Shown piece by piece: positions 10,585 through 20,000 of a DNA stretch of 20,000 nucleotides. Source of the stretch: Patellaria atrata CBS 101060 (lineage: Eukaryota). Below the pieces are notes generated by a model, which searched no databases, had not been told where the DNA came from, and saw nothing but the letters and a program-made list of their open reading frames with translations. Both the position numbers and the translations under genes were made by a program. Where the stretch lies: contig MU006108.1 in NCBI GenBank assembly GCA_010093705.1, positions 292,589-312,588 of the forward strand. The letters run 5' to 3'. Each line of letters begins with the position of its first letter. Position 1 is the first letter of the stretch.

Positions 10585-12017
10585 ATGTCTCAACAACAAC
10601 AAGATAATAAAGCTCAACAAGAAGGCCGAATAGATCTTGCACTTCAAGCCTATAAGGAAGGCCAATTTTGAAGCCTACGACGCGCCGCCGCCGCGTATAA
10701 CGCGTGCCCACGAAAGCTTCAGCGAAGATACAACCAAACCCTCGCCCGAGCCAATTGCCAGCCTAATTGCCAGAAGCTCACCGCGACCGAAGAGCAAACG
10801 ATCGTCCGATATATTCTTGACCTCGATTNNNNNNNNNNNNNNNNNNNNNNNNNNNNNNNNNNNNNNNNNNNNNNNNNNNNNNNNNNNNNNNNNNNNNNNN
10901 NNNNNNNNNNNNNNNNNNNNNNNNNNNNNNNNNNNNNNNNNNNNNNNNNNNNNNNNNNNNNNNNNNNNNNNNNNNNNNNNNNNNNNNNNNNNNNNNNNNN
11001 NNNNNNNNNNNNNNNNNNNNNNNNNNNNNNNNNNNNNNNNNNNNNNNNNNNNNNNNNNNNNNNNNNNNNNNNNNNNNNNNNNNNNNNNNNNNNNNNNNNN
11101 NNNNNNNNNNNNNAGAGCATCTGCGCTGCAGGGTACGCGATCCCACCCTTCATCATCTACAAAGGCCGCGTCCACATCTCTGCATGGTACGAGGAGACAG
11201 ATATACCGCGCAACTGGAAGATCTCAGTCTCTGAGAACGGCTGGACAAATAACGCGCTTGGTCTTGAGTGGTTGAAGCACTTTGACGCGCATACAAAGGC
11301 GCGTACGGTAGGGGTATACCGGCTGCTTATCCTCGACGGCCATGAGAGCCACCTCAACCAGGATTTCAAGGATTACTGCCTAGAGAACAAGATCTTAACG
11401 CTCTATATGCCTCCTCACTCATCGCATATACTCCAACCACTTGACGTAGTCTGCTTTTCGCCATTAAAGCGCAAGTACTCCCAGCGCGTTCGAGACTTGG
11501 CACGCCGGCGCGTCTTCCATATCAACAAAGAGGGCTTCCTACCAGCCTTTAAGGACGCGTTTTTTGACGTATTTACAGAGGAGAACTATCGCAAAGCCTT
11601 TGAGGCATCAGGCCTTATCCCTATCAACGCGCAGGTAGTGCTAAATCGCCTTGAAGTACGCCTACGCACCCCACTAGAACCCCTACCACTACAGACGCCG
11701 TGGCAATCAAAGACTCCAAGTAACACGCTTGAATTTGGATCGCAATTAAAGCTCGTACGGGATTCTATTACTAGATCGCCTACTACAGCTTAGTCTAGGC
11801 TTGTACAGCTCGTAAAAGGAGCTAAATTAATGATGCATGGAAGCGCGCTTATGGGCGCCCGTATTGCTAAGCTTGAAGAGCAATTGGCAGTAATAACTAA
11901 GAGGAAAACGCGTAAACGGAAGCGGATTCAGCACGGCGGTATAATAGAGTATAGTGAGGCGTTAGCGAAGGTAGCTACTAAGGCGTCTACGGCGTCTTAG
12001 CGATTAAAGAAGGCTCG
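10585..12017 (+). pseudogene. DDE_1 transposase pseudogene (HTH_psq-like + CENP-B-type HTH + DDE)
   Basis: ATG at 10585 gives MSQQQQDNKAQQEGRIDLALQAYKEGQF*SLRRAAAAYN...KLTATEEQTIVRYILDLD. After the gap: IPPFIIYKG...SENGWTNNALGLEWLKHF...RLLILDGHESH...MPPHSSHILQPLDVVCFSPLK...KRKTRKRKRIQHGG. Premature stops at 10669 (TGA), 11791 (TAG) and 11998 (TAG). The usual C-terminal CCHC motif is missing beyond the insertion point. Confidence 0.95.
10829..11113. other. Assembly gap (285 N) inside the transposase
   Basis: Run of N. Confidence 0.98.
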
Positions 12018-12433
12018 TGTAACGATGTTATAGATTATCATTTCCTACTTTCCCTTATTAGTAGTAGTCGCGCCGAGGTTCTACCGTTACGTGCTTAATA
12101 CTAGTAGATCGCGCGACTATAATTTCTTCTTTCCTTAATTTAATCTCTTTATATTATAGTTAGATTATATTAGTTATAATTTAATTCGATTCTTTATAAT
12201 TGTTATACTATTATATTAAATTAAGTTCTATTATTATAGTTTTAAAAAGACGATATAATATTCTAATCTAATACTTAAAAGTATTAAGACTAAAAATTAT
12301 AAGTTTATCTAATACTTAAAAGTATTAAAACTAATAATAATAAGAGAAATCTAATATTTAAAAGTATTAAAACTAAAGATTATAAGTTTATTTAATATTT
12401 AAAAGTATTAAAATTAATAATAATAAAAGAAAT
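12018..12433. mobile_element. Putative LTR (~12018-12215) plus adjacent internal sequence of a second LTR retrotransposon inserted in the transposase
   Basis: Transposase similarity stops at GCTCG|TGTAACG, a typical fungal Gypsy LTR terminus. About 200 nt later, CTATTATA could be a RIP-mutated ...TTACA end. A tandem array follows. The second LTR and TSD are not in the window. Confidence 0.55.
12266..12433. repeat. Tandem array of four units (41/42/41/42 nt) with a palindromic core TAATACTT-AA-AAGTATTA
   Basis: Units start at 12266, 12307, 12349 and 12390. Tails alternate between AAAATTATAAGTTT-type and ATAATAATAAGAGAA-type, giving an 83-nt higher-order repeat twice. A fifth unit appears cut at 12433 by the next LTR. 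Confidence 0.9.
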
Positions 12434-13061
12434 TATTATAATAAAAATCTATATTTATTAAGATAAAATTAAATAAATCTAAAAATATATTTAACTTTTC
12501 ACTTAATATAGTTAACTATAAAGATATATTTAATAAAATAATAAAATATATATAATAAAGATATTTTAAGTTATTAATATAATTTATTAACTTCTTAACT
12601 TCGAATAATATTTATAATAAAATAAGATATATTATATAAAAATAATATAATAAGTAAAATTAAGTTTAAAACTATAATATTTAAATTTATAAATAAAATT
12701 AATAATAAGAATAACTATAAAAAATCTAAATATATAAAAGAAAAACTATTTTTAAATATTTCTATTCTTTATAATTAATTTAATTATCTATATTTTAATT
12801 ATTCTAATCGCTTAATTATTTAATTATTTCTTTCACGATTAAGATATTTATATATCTAAATATTTAAATTATATAATACTCTTTAATTATTTTAATTATT
12901 TAATTATTTAATTATTTCTCTTATAATTAAAATATTTATATATCTAAATATTTAAGTTTTATAATTTATTATTATTTATTTTATTTATAATTCTTTTAAA
13001 TAATCTTTCTTTTTTCTCTTTATTTATTATTTATATATTTTTATAACTTATAATTATAATA
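12434..13061 (-). repeat. LTR copy A (3' LTR of the chromovirus, 628 bp, saturated with RIP-type changes)
   Basis: Aligns by eye with copies B and C (TATTATAATAAAAATCTATA = TGTTACAACGGGAGTCTATA). It is immediately followed on + by CTATTCTCTCTTTTTTT, which is a polypurine tract on the minus strand (13062-13078). Confidence 0.88.
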
Positions 13062-15030
13062 CTATTCTCTCTTTTTTTAACTTTTATCTTAAAAGTTTAT
13101 TTCTTTTATTTAAATATATAATAAATATATTATCTATTTATTAAATTATATATATCTCTTTTTTCTTTTTTTTAAGATATTAAAAGTTAAACTTTATTTA
13201 ATTTATTATCGATATTATATTATCTATATTACTTTATATAATTATTTTATATTAACTTTTTATTTTATTTATTATTATTCTTTTTATTTTTATATTATTA
13301 ATATTTCTTTTAGTTTCTATTTTAAATATCTTATTTATAGTTTAAAATATAATCTTATAATAATATAAAAGAATTAAGATTAACTTAATACTTTAAAAAT
13401 AAAGCTTTATTTTAAGTTTAATATTATTAAAAAGATTAAAAAGAAAATTATTTATTTTTATAAAAAAATAGTTTTAAAGATAATATATCTTTAATAAAAA
13501 ATAATTTATATTTAATATAAAGCGATTTATATTATTTATATTTATTTTTATCGATTTTATTATAAACTTCTTTTATTTAAATATAAAGAGATAAAAATAT
13601 TTTATTATAAACTTAATTTTATTAAAGAATTTAAAGCTCTAAAATAAGTAATTAAAAAATAATAAACTTTTTTAATTATTTCTTCTTTCTTTACTATTAT
13701 ATCTTTTTCTAGTTAATTTAATTTAGATTTCTTTATTTTTAAAAGTTTAGAATTTTCTAGTTTTAATAATAAAATTATTTAAATTTTTAATTATAATTTA
13801 TTAAGTATTTAAATAATTTTTATATATTATTTATATATTTATAATCTTTCTATTTTATTAAATATTTATATTAATTATCTACTTATTATAAGTTTAAAAT
13901 TCGTTTTATTTTATAAATATTTTCTTTCTTAAGTTTTATAAATTATATTTAAAGTTTAATATTAATATATACTAATTCTAGAAATAATATATAAAAAACT
14001 AGATATATTTTTATTTTTTATAATAATTTTAACTTATAATTAACTTTTTTTTTAATTTATTTAATTTTAAAAAGGCTAATTTTCTTATAATTTAATTTCT
14101 TATTAGATCGTTTTATTTTAAGATTTTTCTATAATAAATAAACTTTATTCTCTTTTTTAAAGATTAATTTTAGTAATTTATATTAATTATTATATTTTAT
14201 AGTCTTTATTATCTAGAAAGTTATATTTTATAATAATTATATATATAATTCTTTAATTTATTTAGCTTTTAATATTACTTTTTATAAAATACTTTAAACT
14301 ATTCTTAGTTTATAATATACTTTTAATTTAAAACTATAGTTTATATAAAAGAGTAAAATCTTTATAATATCGAATTTCACGTTATTATATACGAATTATA
14401 TTATTAATAGTAGTTTTATCTAATTATTTTACTAATAATTTATATAATTATATAAGTATTACTTTAAAAATTAATTTATTCTCTTAGTTTAACTATTTAT
14501 TTATAAATAGAAGCTTATTAATAATTTATAATTTATCTTTAAACTTTATACTAAAGTTTATTAAAATATTAATTTAAATAGTTTATCTCTATTTAAAATA
14601 ATCTCTTTTAATATTTAATAATTTATTAGTATTATTTTTATTATTAATACTATTATTTATAGTACTATTATTATCGTCTTTATTAATATAAAGTAGGTAA
14701 ACTTTATTAATTATTTTATAATAATTAATATTATATTATACTTTACTTTTATCGTTAAATCTTTAAATTCTAATAAATTTAAATAAAGTTTATTATTATT
14801 AAATTTTATACTCACTTTAATAACTTAATATATTATATTTATTTATAAAATATATATTTTACACTTTTATTTTATATATAATTATTATATTTTAAGATAA
14901 TTTACTTTATTATATTTTTTATTTCTAGAAAATAGTAATTTCTTAAAATTCTTTTTAAAATTTTATTAATATTTTAATAATTATATATTAATATTTTATA
15001 GATTTTTTTAGTAAAAGTCTTTTATAATAT

Positions 15031-15092
15031 TATTAATATATATATAAATTTATTATATAATTATTAATATATATATAAATTTATTATATAAT
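15031..15092. repeat. 31-bp perfect tandem duplication inside the pol relic
   Basis: TATTAATATATATATAAATTTATTATATAAT at 15031-15061 and 15062-15092. Confidence 0.85.
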
Positions 15093-16219
15093 TATATTTT
15101 TTAAGTTATTTATATTATTTTAAAATTATTATTCTTTTAAAACTTCTTTATTATATTATTCTTTTAATAAGTATTATAAATTTATTATTCTCTTATAAAT
15201 TTAATTATTAATATTATAGTTAATCTTAATTAATATAAATAATTATATTATTTTCTTTTTTTAATATTATATTATATACTAATTTTATTTCTTTTAAATA
15301 GTTAAATCTTCTATTTATAATATTAACTAATTTATTTTTAACTCTTAATTTATAAAATATTTTAAAATTAAAGAATATAAATATTTTTATCTATTTTATT
15401 TATCTTCGATTTAATTTCTTTATTATAAGAAAGTTTATTAGATTTTAATAATTTAATTAAATTTTTATAATATATTTAAATTCTTTAAAATATAATCTCT
15501 ATTATTTAAATATATTAATAATTATTAATAATTCTTTATTATATATATTATAGTTTAACTTTATAATTATAAACTTTTATAAATAAAAGATTATTAAATA
15601 TAATTATTCTTTTTTATTTAGCTAATTTATATATATATCTAGTATATAATTAGATATATTAGTTTCTAATATTATTAATTTCTTTAAGTTAAATATAATT
15701 AAAATAAATATTATAATAAACTTTTTTTTAAATTTATTAAATATTTTTTATACTTTCTTTATTTAATTAAAGATATTTTCCTTCTTTATTAATTTTAATA
15801 GCGATATTATTATCTTTAAATATTTTTAGATAAACTTTTTATAATAATTTACGAAATTTAAAAATAATTATATATTTTTTATATTTTTTAATATTAGTTA
15901 ATCTTTAATTATAACTATCTTTTTTAAGTTTATTTATATACTTTTAATAATAATAATAAAGTCTAGAAACTTTATTTCTTTAATATAGAATTTATACTTA
16001 TTTAAATATATTAAGAGTTTTTTCTTTTATAATTTTATTAATACTTTCTTTATATATTTTCTATACTCTTTAAATATTTTATTTATATATATTAGTATAT
16101 TATCTAGATAAATAGTTATAAATATATTTAAATACTTTTTTAATATATAATTAATTACTACTTAAAATATTACTAAAATATTAATTAAATTAAATAATAT
16201 TATTATATATTTATATAAT

Positions 16220-16829
16220 TATTATAACGGGAGTCTATACTTATTAAGACGAAATTAGATAAGTCTAGAAACACGCCTAGCTTCTCACTTAACGTGATTA
16301 ACTATAAAGGTAGATTTAGTAAAGTGATAGAATATATATAATAAAGGCATTTTAAGTTATCGATATAACTCGCTAACTTCTTAACTTTAGGTACCGCTTA
16401 TAATAAGATAAGACGTACTATATAGAAATAGTGTAATAAGTGAAGTTAAGTTTAAAACCGTAATATCTAAATCTATAGGTAAGATTAATAATAAGAATAA
16501 CTACGAAGAATCTAAATATATAAGAGAAAGACCGTTCTTAAATATTCCTATCCTTTATAGTTAATTTAAGGTGCTTACGTTCTTTTAGACGTGGTAACCG
16601 TTTTAGACGTAGATCTTCTTCTATATCCTTTATATTCACTACGTCTATAACCTAGATATCCTAAATATAGTGGATATAGATCCTTTTTTACGTTCTTTAT
16701 ATCCCTTATATCTATAGTTTCTAGTCACGTGATCCCTTATTACTAGTTTTATCTATAGTTTTTCTAAGTGGTATTTCTACTTTCCCCTTACTTATTATCT
16801 ATATATTCCTATAACTTATAGCTATAATA
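16220..16829 (-). mobile_element. LTR copy B: solo LTR (610 bp) with 5-bp TSD ATAAT, inserted in the RT domain
   Basis: ATAAT at 16215-16219 and 16830-16834. Termini TATTATAACG...GCTATAATA are RIP versions of TGTTACAAC...G(C/T)TGTAACA. The RT reading (...K*KIIIKIKFR|LYKYIII..., i.e. EWKTA..TR.G|LYEY) rejoins when the LTR and one TSD are removed. Confidence 0.92.
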
Positions 16830-19456
16830 ATAATCTAAATTTTATTTTTATAATTATCTTTTATTTTTTATCTTCTTTTATTTTAATTTAATAATAATTA
16901 TCTTAAATATTAAATTTTATAAACTATTTTACTTCTTATAATTTATCTTAAATTTTTAAGATTAAAGATAATAAATATCTATTTTTAATTATAATATTAT
17001 TTAATTATTTATAATTAATATATAATCTTAATTTACTATTTTTCTTTAATATAAATAGAATTAATAAAATTATTAAACTTTTATTAAATTATATATATCT
17101 CTTTTTTAAGTTAATATAAATATATTTTTTTAAATACTTTATATTATTCTTTTATTAATAGATAAATTAGATTAAATTATAATTTTATATCTTTTTTTAA
17201 TATTATTTTATAATCTTATATTTAATAATTTAAAAGTATAATTATTATATTTTCTTTAAATAAATTTTTAAACTTATTATACTTTTTAAATATTTTAAAT
17301 TTATTAGAAACTTTTTCTATATTTACTTTTTTAAGTTATATTACTTTTATACTTTTAAATTTATTTCTATAAATCTTTATTATCTTATAATATAAAATAT
17401 ATTCTATAAATATATTAATATTTATCTATATAATATATTTTATTTATTTAACTCTATTTTTTTATAAAATATTTTAATTAATTTAAATACTTTTTATCTT
17501 TTAATTAATATTTAAATTTATTATTTATAATTAATTTATCTTTAAAATTATATTTATATCTTTTAAATTAGTTATAAAAATATATTAAATAATTACTTTC
17601 TCTTATATATTAACTTTTATTAATATAATTTTAAAGTTAATTAAACTTTATTTATATTTTATTTCTTTATTATTTTCTAGTCGTAATAGGATTAAATTTT
17701 TAAATTTTATATAAAATATATTTTTCTTTTCTATCTATTAAGATAAAATAAATAAATTAATAATATTATTATTAATTAACGCTATTATTTTTTTATTATA
17801 TATAATAATATCTATTTAAAGTATTTTATTATTATTTTATAAAGTTTTAAGAAATTTAAAAATTATATTTCTTAATTATTTCTTTTTTTAAATAACTTAG
17901 TAATTTTTTATATAATTATATATTAAATAGCCGGGTTCTATATATTTAATCTAATATAGTCTATTATATTTATTATAATATAAATCTTTATAATATTTTT
18001 TATATTTAAGCTTTTAATACTCTCTTTTAATAATTATATTATAATTAAAGTTATTTTTAATTCCTACTTTTTATCTTTATACTATATAATAGTTATATTA
18101 TATACTTTTTATTATATATTATCTAAAATTTTATATATTATATTTAGTAATATATTTAGGTATTTCTTTATTATTTTAAAATACTTTTATCTTTTATAGA
18201 AATATTTTTCTTTTATAGAACTTCTTTTCTAAATCTTTATAATATTAATAATTTATACTATATTTATAATCTTTTTATATTACTATTATATATTTTATAT
18301 AGATAAATATTTAATAATATTATTTATACTTAAGTTTATCTATATAATTAAAACTATTATACTTTTTATAATTATCTATTAAAGATTTAAGTCTTTAATT
18401 CTATTTAAATATTTCTATTTTATCTTTATAAATTTTATATCCTTTTATCTAATACTTATTTTTAGATAAATATATATATATAAAATTTTAATCTTTAAAT
18501 TTTATTATAATTTTCTATTATTTATAATATAAATAATTATCCTCTTTATATTATATTTATTAAAAGATTAAATAGTTTTTTACTTTTAATATAAGATTTA
18601 ACTATTATTTTTTAATAATTATATTAGTATTAAATTTAAATTCTATTAATTTCTAATCTTAGAACTTTTATTTAAATTATTATTATTATTTTATAATTTA
18701 GTATATAAAGTTTAATTTATTAAATATTTATACTCTAATTCTTTAATTTTAATTTTATACTAGATATTTTAATATTATATATATATATATATTTCTATAT
18801 ATTTAATATTATTAATTATTTAAATATTATTAAAGTATCTTCTTTTTTAGTTAATTTCTTATTATTAAAAATAATATTAATAATTTACTTATCTTTATTT
18901 AATAAAATAGCGATATTTCTTTAATCTTTTCCTCTTTTAACGATAAAACTAATAATAGTAGTATTAAATATATAACTTTAAGTTATATATATTAATTATA
19001 TCGCGAGGATAATTATATCTTTTATAGATAGTTTTTTTTAAAATATTTTATTTCTTTATATTATAAATATACTTTATTTATAAAGTATTTCTTTTCTTTT
19101 TAAATAAACTATTATTATTTTTCCGACTTCTTTTATTTTATCTATTATAGTTAGTTAAGATTTATTAAATCTCTTTAATTTTATTTATTTATAATCTTTA
19201 TTATCTTCTTTTTATATTTAATTATAATATTCTTCTATTCTCTCTTTTTTTATCTATATTTATATAATCTATTATTTATTTTAACTATTAAAATTATTAT
19301 ATTCTATATTATTATTAATCTTTTATAATAAATCTACTCGTTCTTTATTTCTTCCTTTAAACTTTAATAAAAGACTATTATTAGTAATTTATTAAGTTAA
19401 TTTAATATTAATATTATTTACTAAAATATAATTATATATTTTAAAGTTAATTCTTT

Positions 19457-20000
19457 TGTTACAACGGGAGTCTATACTTATCAAGACGGAACTGGATAAA
19501 TCTAGAAACGCGCCTGGCTTCTCACTTAACGTGGTCAACCATAAAGGTAGGTTTGGCAAAGTGATAGGATACGTATAACAAAGGCACTTCAAGTTGTCGA
19601 TACAACTCGCTGACTCCTTGACTTCAAGTAATGCTCACAATGAGACAAGACGTACTATATGGAAACAGTGTAACAAGTGAAGTCAAGTTCAAGACCGTAA
19701 CATCCAAATCTATGGGTAAGATTGATGGTAAGAATAACTACGAAGAATCTAAATACATGAGGGAAAGACCGTCCTTAAATATTCCTATCCTCCATAGTCA
19801 ATTTGGTGTGCCTACACCTTGGTCGTTCTGGTCGTTTGGTCGTCTGGTCGTTTCTCTCACGACCAAAACGTCCAAACGTCCAAACGTCCAAGTCACGTGT
19901 TCCTGTCCCGGTCGTCCTGGTCGTCCGGTCGTCTGGTCGTTCCTCCTACGACCGAAACGTCCAAACGTCCAAACGTCCAAGTCACGTGACCCGTCGTCTA
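19457..20000 (-). mobile_element. LTR copy C: nearly unmutated LTR of the same family, inserted in gag and running off the window
   Basis: Starts TGTTACAACGGGAG with normal GC content and a sharp boundary with the AT-rich flank. The left flank translates as mid-gag. Homologous to copies A and B. TATTTAAG (TATA-like) occurs on the minus strand near 19774-19781. Confidence 0.92.
19820..19990. repeat. Two ~89-bp units in LTR C: (GGTCGT)x4 - ACGACC - (AAACGTCC)x3 - AAGTCACGTG
   Basis: Read directly. GTCACGTG occurs at 19892 and 19981. TGGTCGT-7 nt-ACGACCA can form a hairpin. Confidence 0.9.

Larger units (their letters stand above)
10505..12017 (+). mobile_element. pogo/Fot1-like (Tc1-mariner superfamily) DNA transposon, truncated at its 3' end by an insertion
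   Basis: TA at 10503-10504 followed by an ACGT-starting terminus with internal direct repeats, then a transposase frame. The right TIR is not in the window. Confidence 0.93.
12434..19456 (-). mobile_element. Heavily RIP-mutated Ty3/Gypsy chromovirus LTR retrotransposon (3' LTR, PPT, chromodomain, integrase, RT, part of gag); its 5' part lies beyond the nested LTR at 19457
   Basis: Minus-strand translation keeps motifs that C>T/G>A changes explain. Chromodomain ~13795-13870: YLIK*KDYKYINNI*KL (YLVKWKGY...NTWEP). Integrase C-terminus ~13970-14165: LKKENKVYLL...KKLNYKKISLFKI...VNYKLKL...IYLVFYILFLE (IHPVFHVSLLE). RT: LYKYIIILFNLINILVIF* (YEYTVMPFGLTNAPATFQ) and YLDN at 16099-16110. Gag zinc-knuckle relic ~19030-19085 and gag FY*SLKEEIKNE...VKINNRLY ~19250-19370. 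Domain order gag-RT-IN-CHD is Gypsy. Confidence 0.92.

Noticed and set aside
10637..11275. ORFs spanning the N gap (also 1821-2111 and 1841-2074)
   Set aside because: Their length is an artefact of translating Ns. The real frame here is the transposase pseudogene.
12266..12433. CRISPR-like array (palindromic repeats with spacers)
   Set aside because: Fungal nuclear context, no cas genes, and the short spacers alternate between two sequences rather than being unique. It is a tandem repeat within a retroelement.
12100..19456. Mitochondrial insertion (NUMT), centromere or foreign AT-rich DNA
   Set aside because: Minus-strand translation recovers gag, RT, integrase and chromodomain relics, so RIP explains the composition. 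Centromere status cannot be judged from this window.
19392..19980. ORFs 19392-19592 and 19798-19980
   Set aside because: They lie in LTR sequence or across its junction. The repeated peptide just reflects the DNA tandem repeat.
12434..20000. LTR A and LTR C as the two ends of one intact element
   Set aside because: The spacing is plausible, but C interrupts gag mid-domain, has a very different mutation load from its flank, and differs from A by non-RIP substitutions.

Overview
Eukaryotic DNA from a filamentous ascomycete (Pezizomycotina-type GT-AG introns with CTRAC branch sites, and repeat-induced point mutation, RIP). The left half (1-~10200) is a GC-balanced gene region with four genes: a small Cys/His-rich ORF (-), a one-intron secreted protein (+), the six-exon nuclear gene for mitochondrial F1 ATP synthase alpha (ATP1, -) and a four-exon DUF962/Mpo1-family membrane protein (-). 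About 200 bp upstream of the Mpo1-like start codon the sequence switches abruptly to a transposon nest. A short AT-rich relic is followed by a lightly mutated pogo/Fot1 DDE transposon. That transposon is interrupted by a putative LTR element with a palindromic repeat array, which is in turn interrupted by a heavily RIP-mutated Ty3/Gypsy chromovirus (-). The chromovirus carries two further LTRs of its own family: a solo LTR with a 5-bp TSD inside RT, and an almost unmutated LTR inside gag that runs off the window. I see no clear new biological system. The most interesting material is the nesting, the three LTR copies at different mutational stages with a swapped internal module, the palindromic array, and two poorly characterised small genes. 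There are two assembly gaps. All alignments and translations were done by eye.
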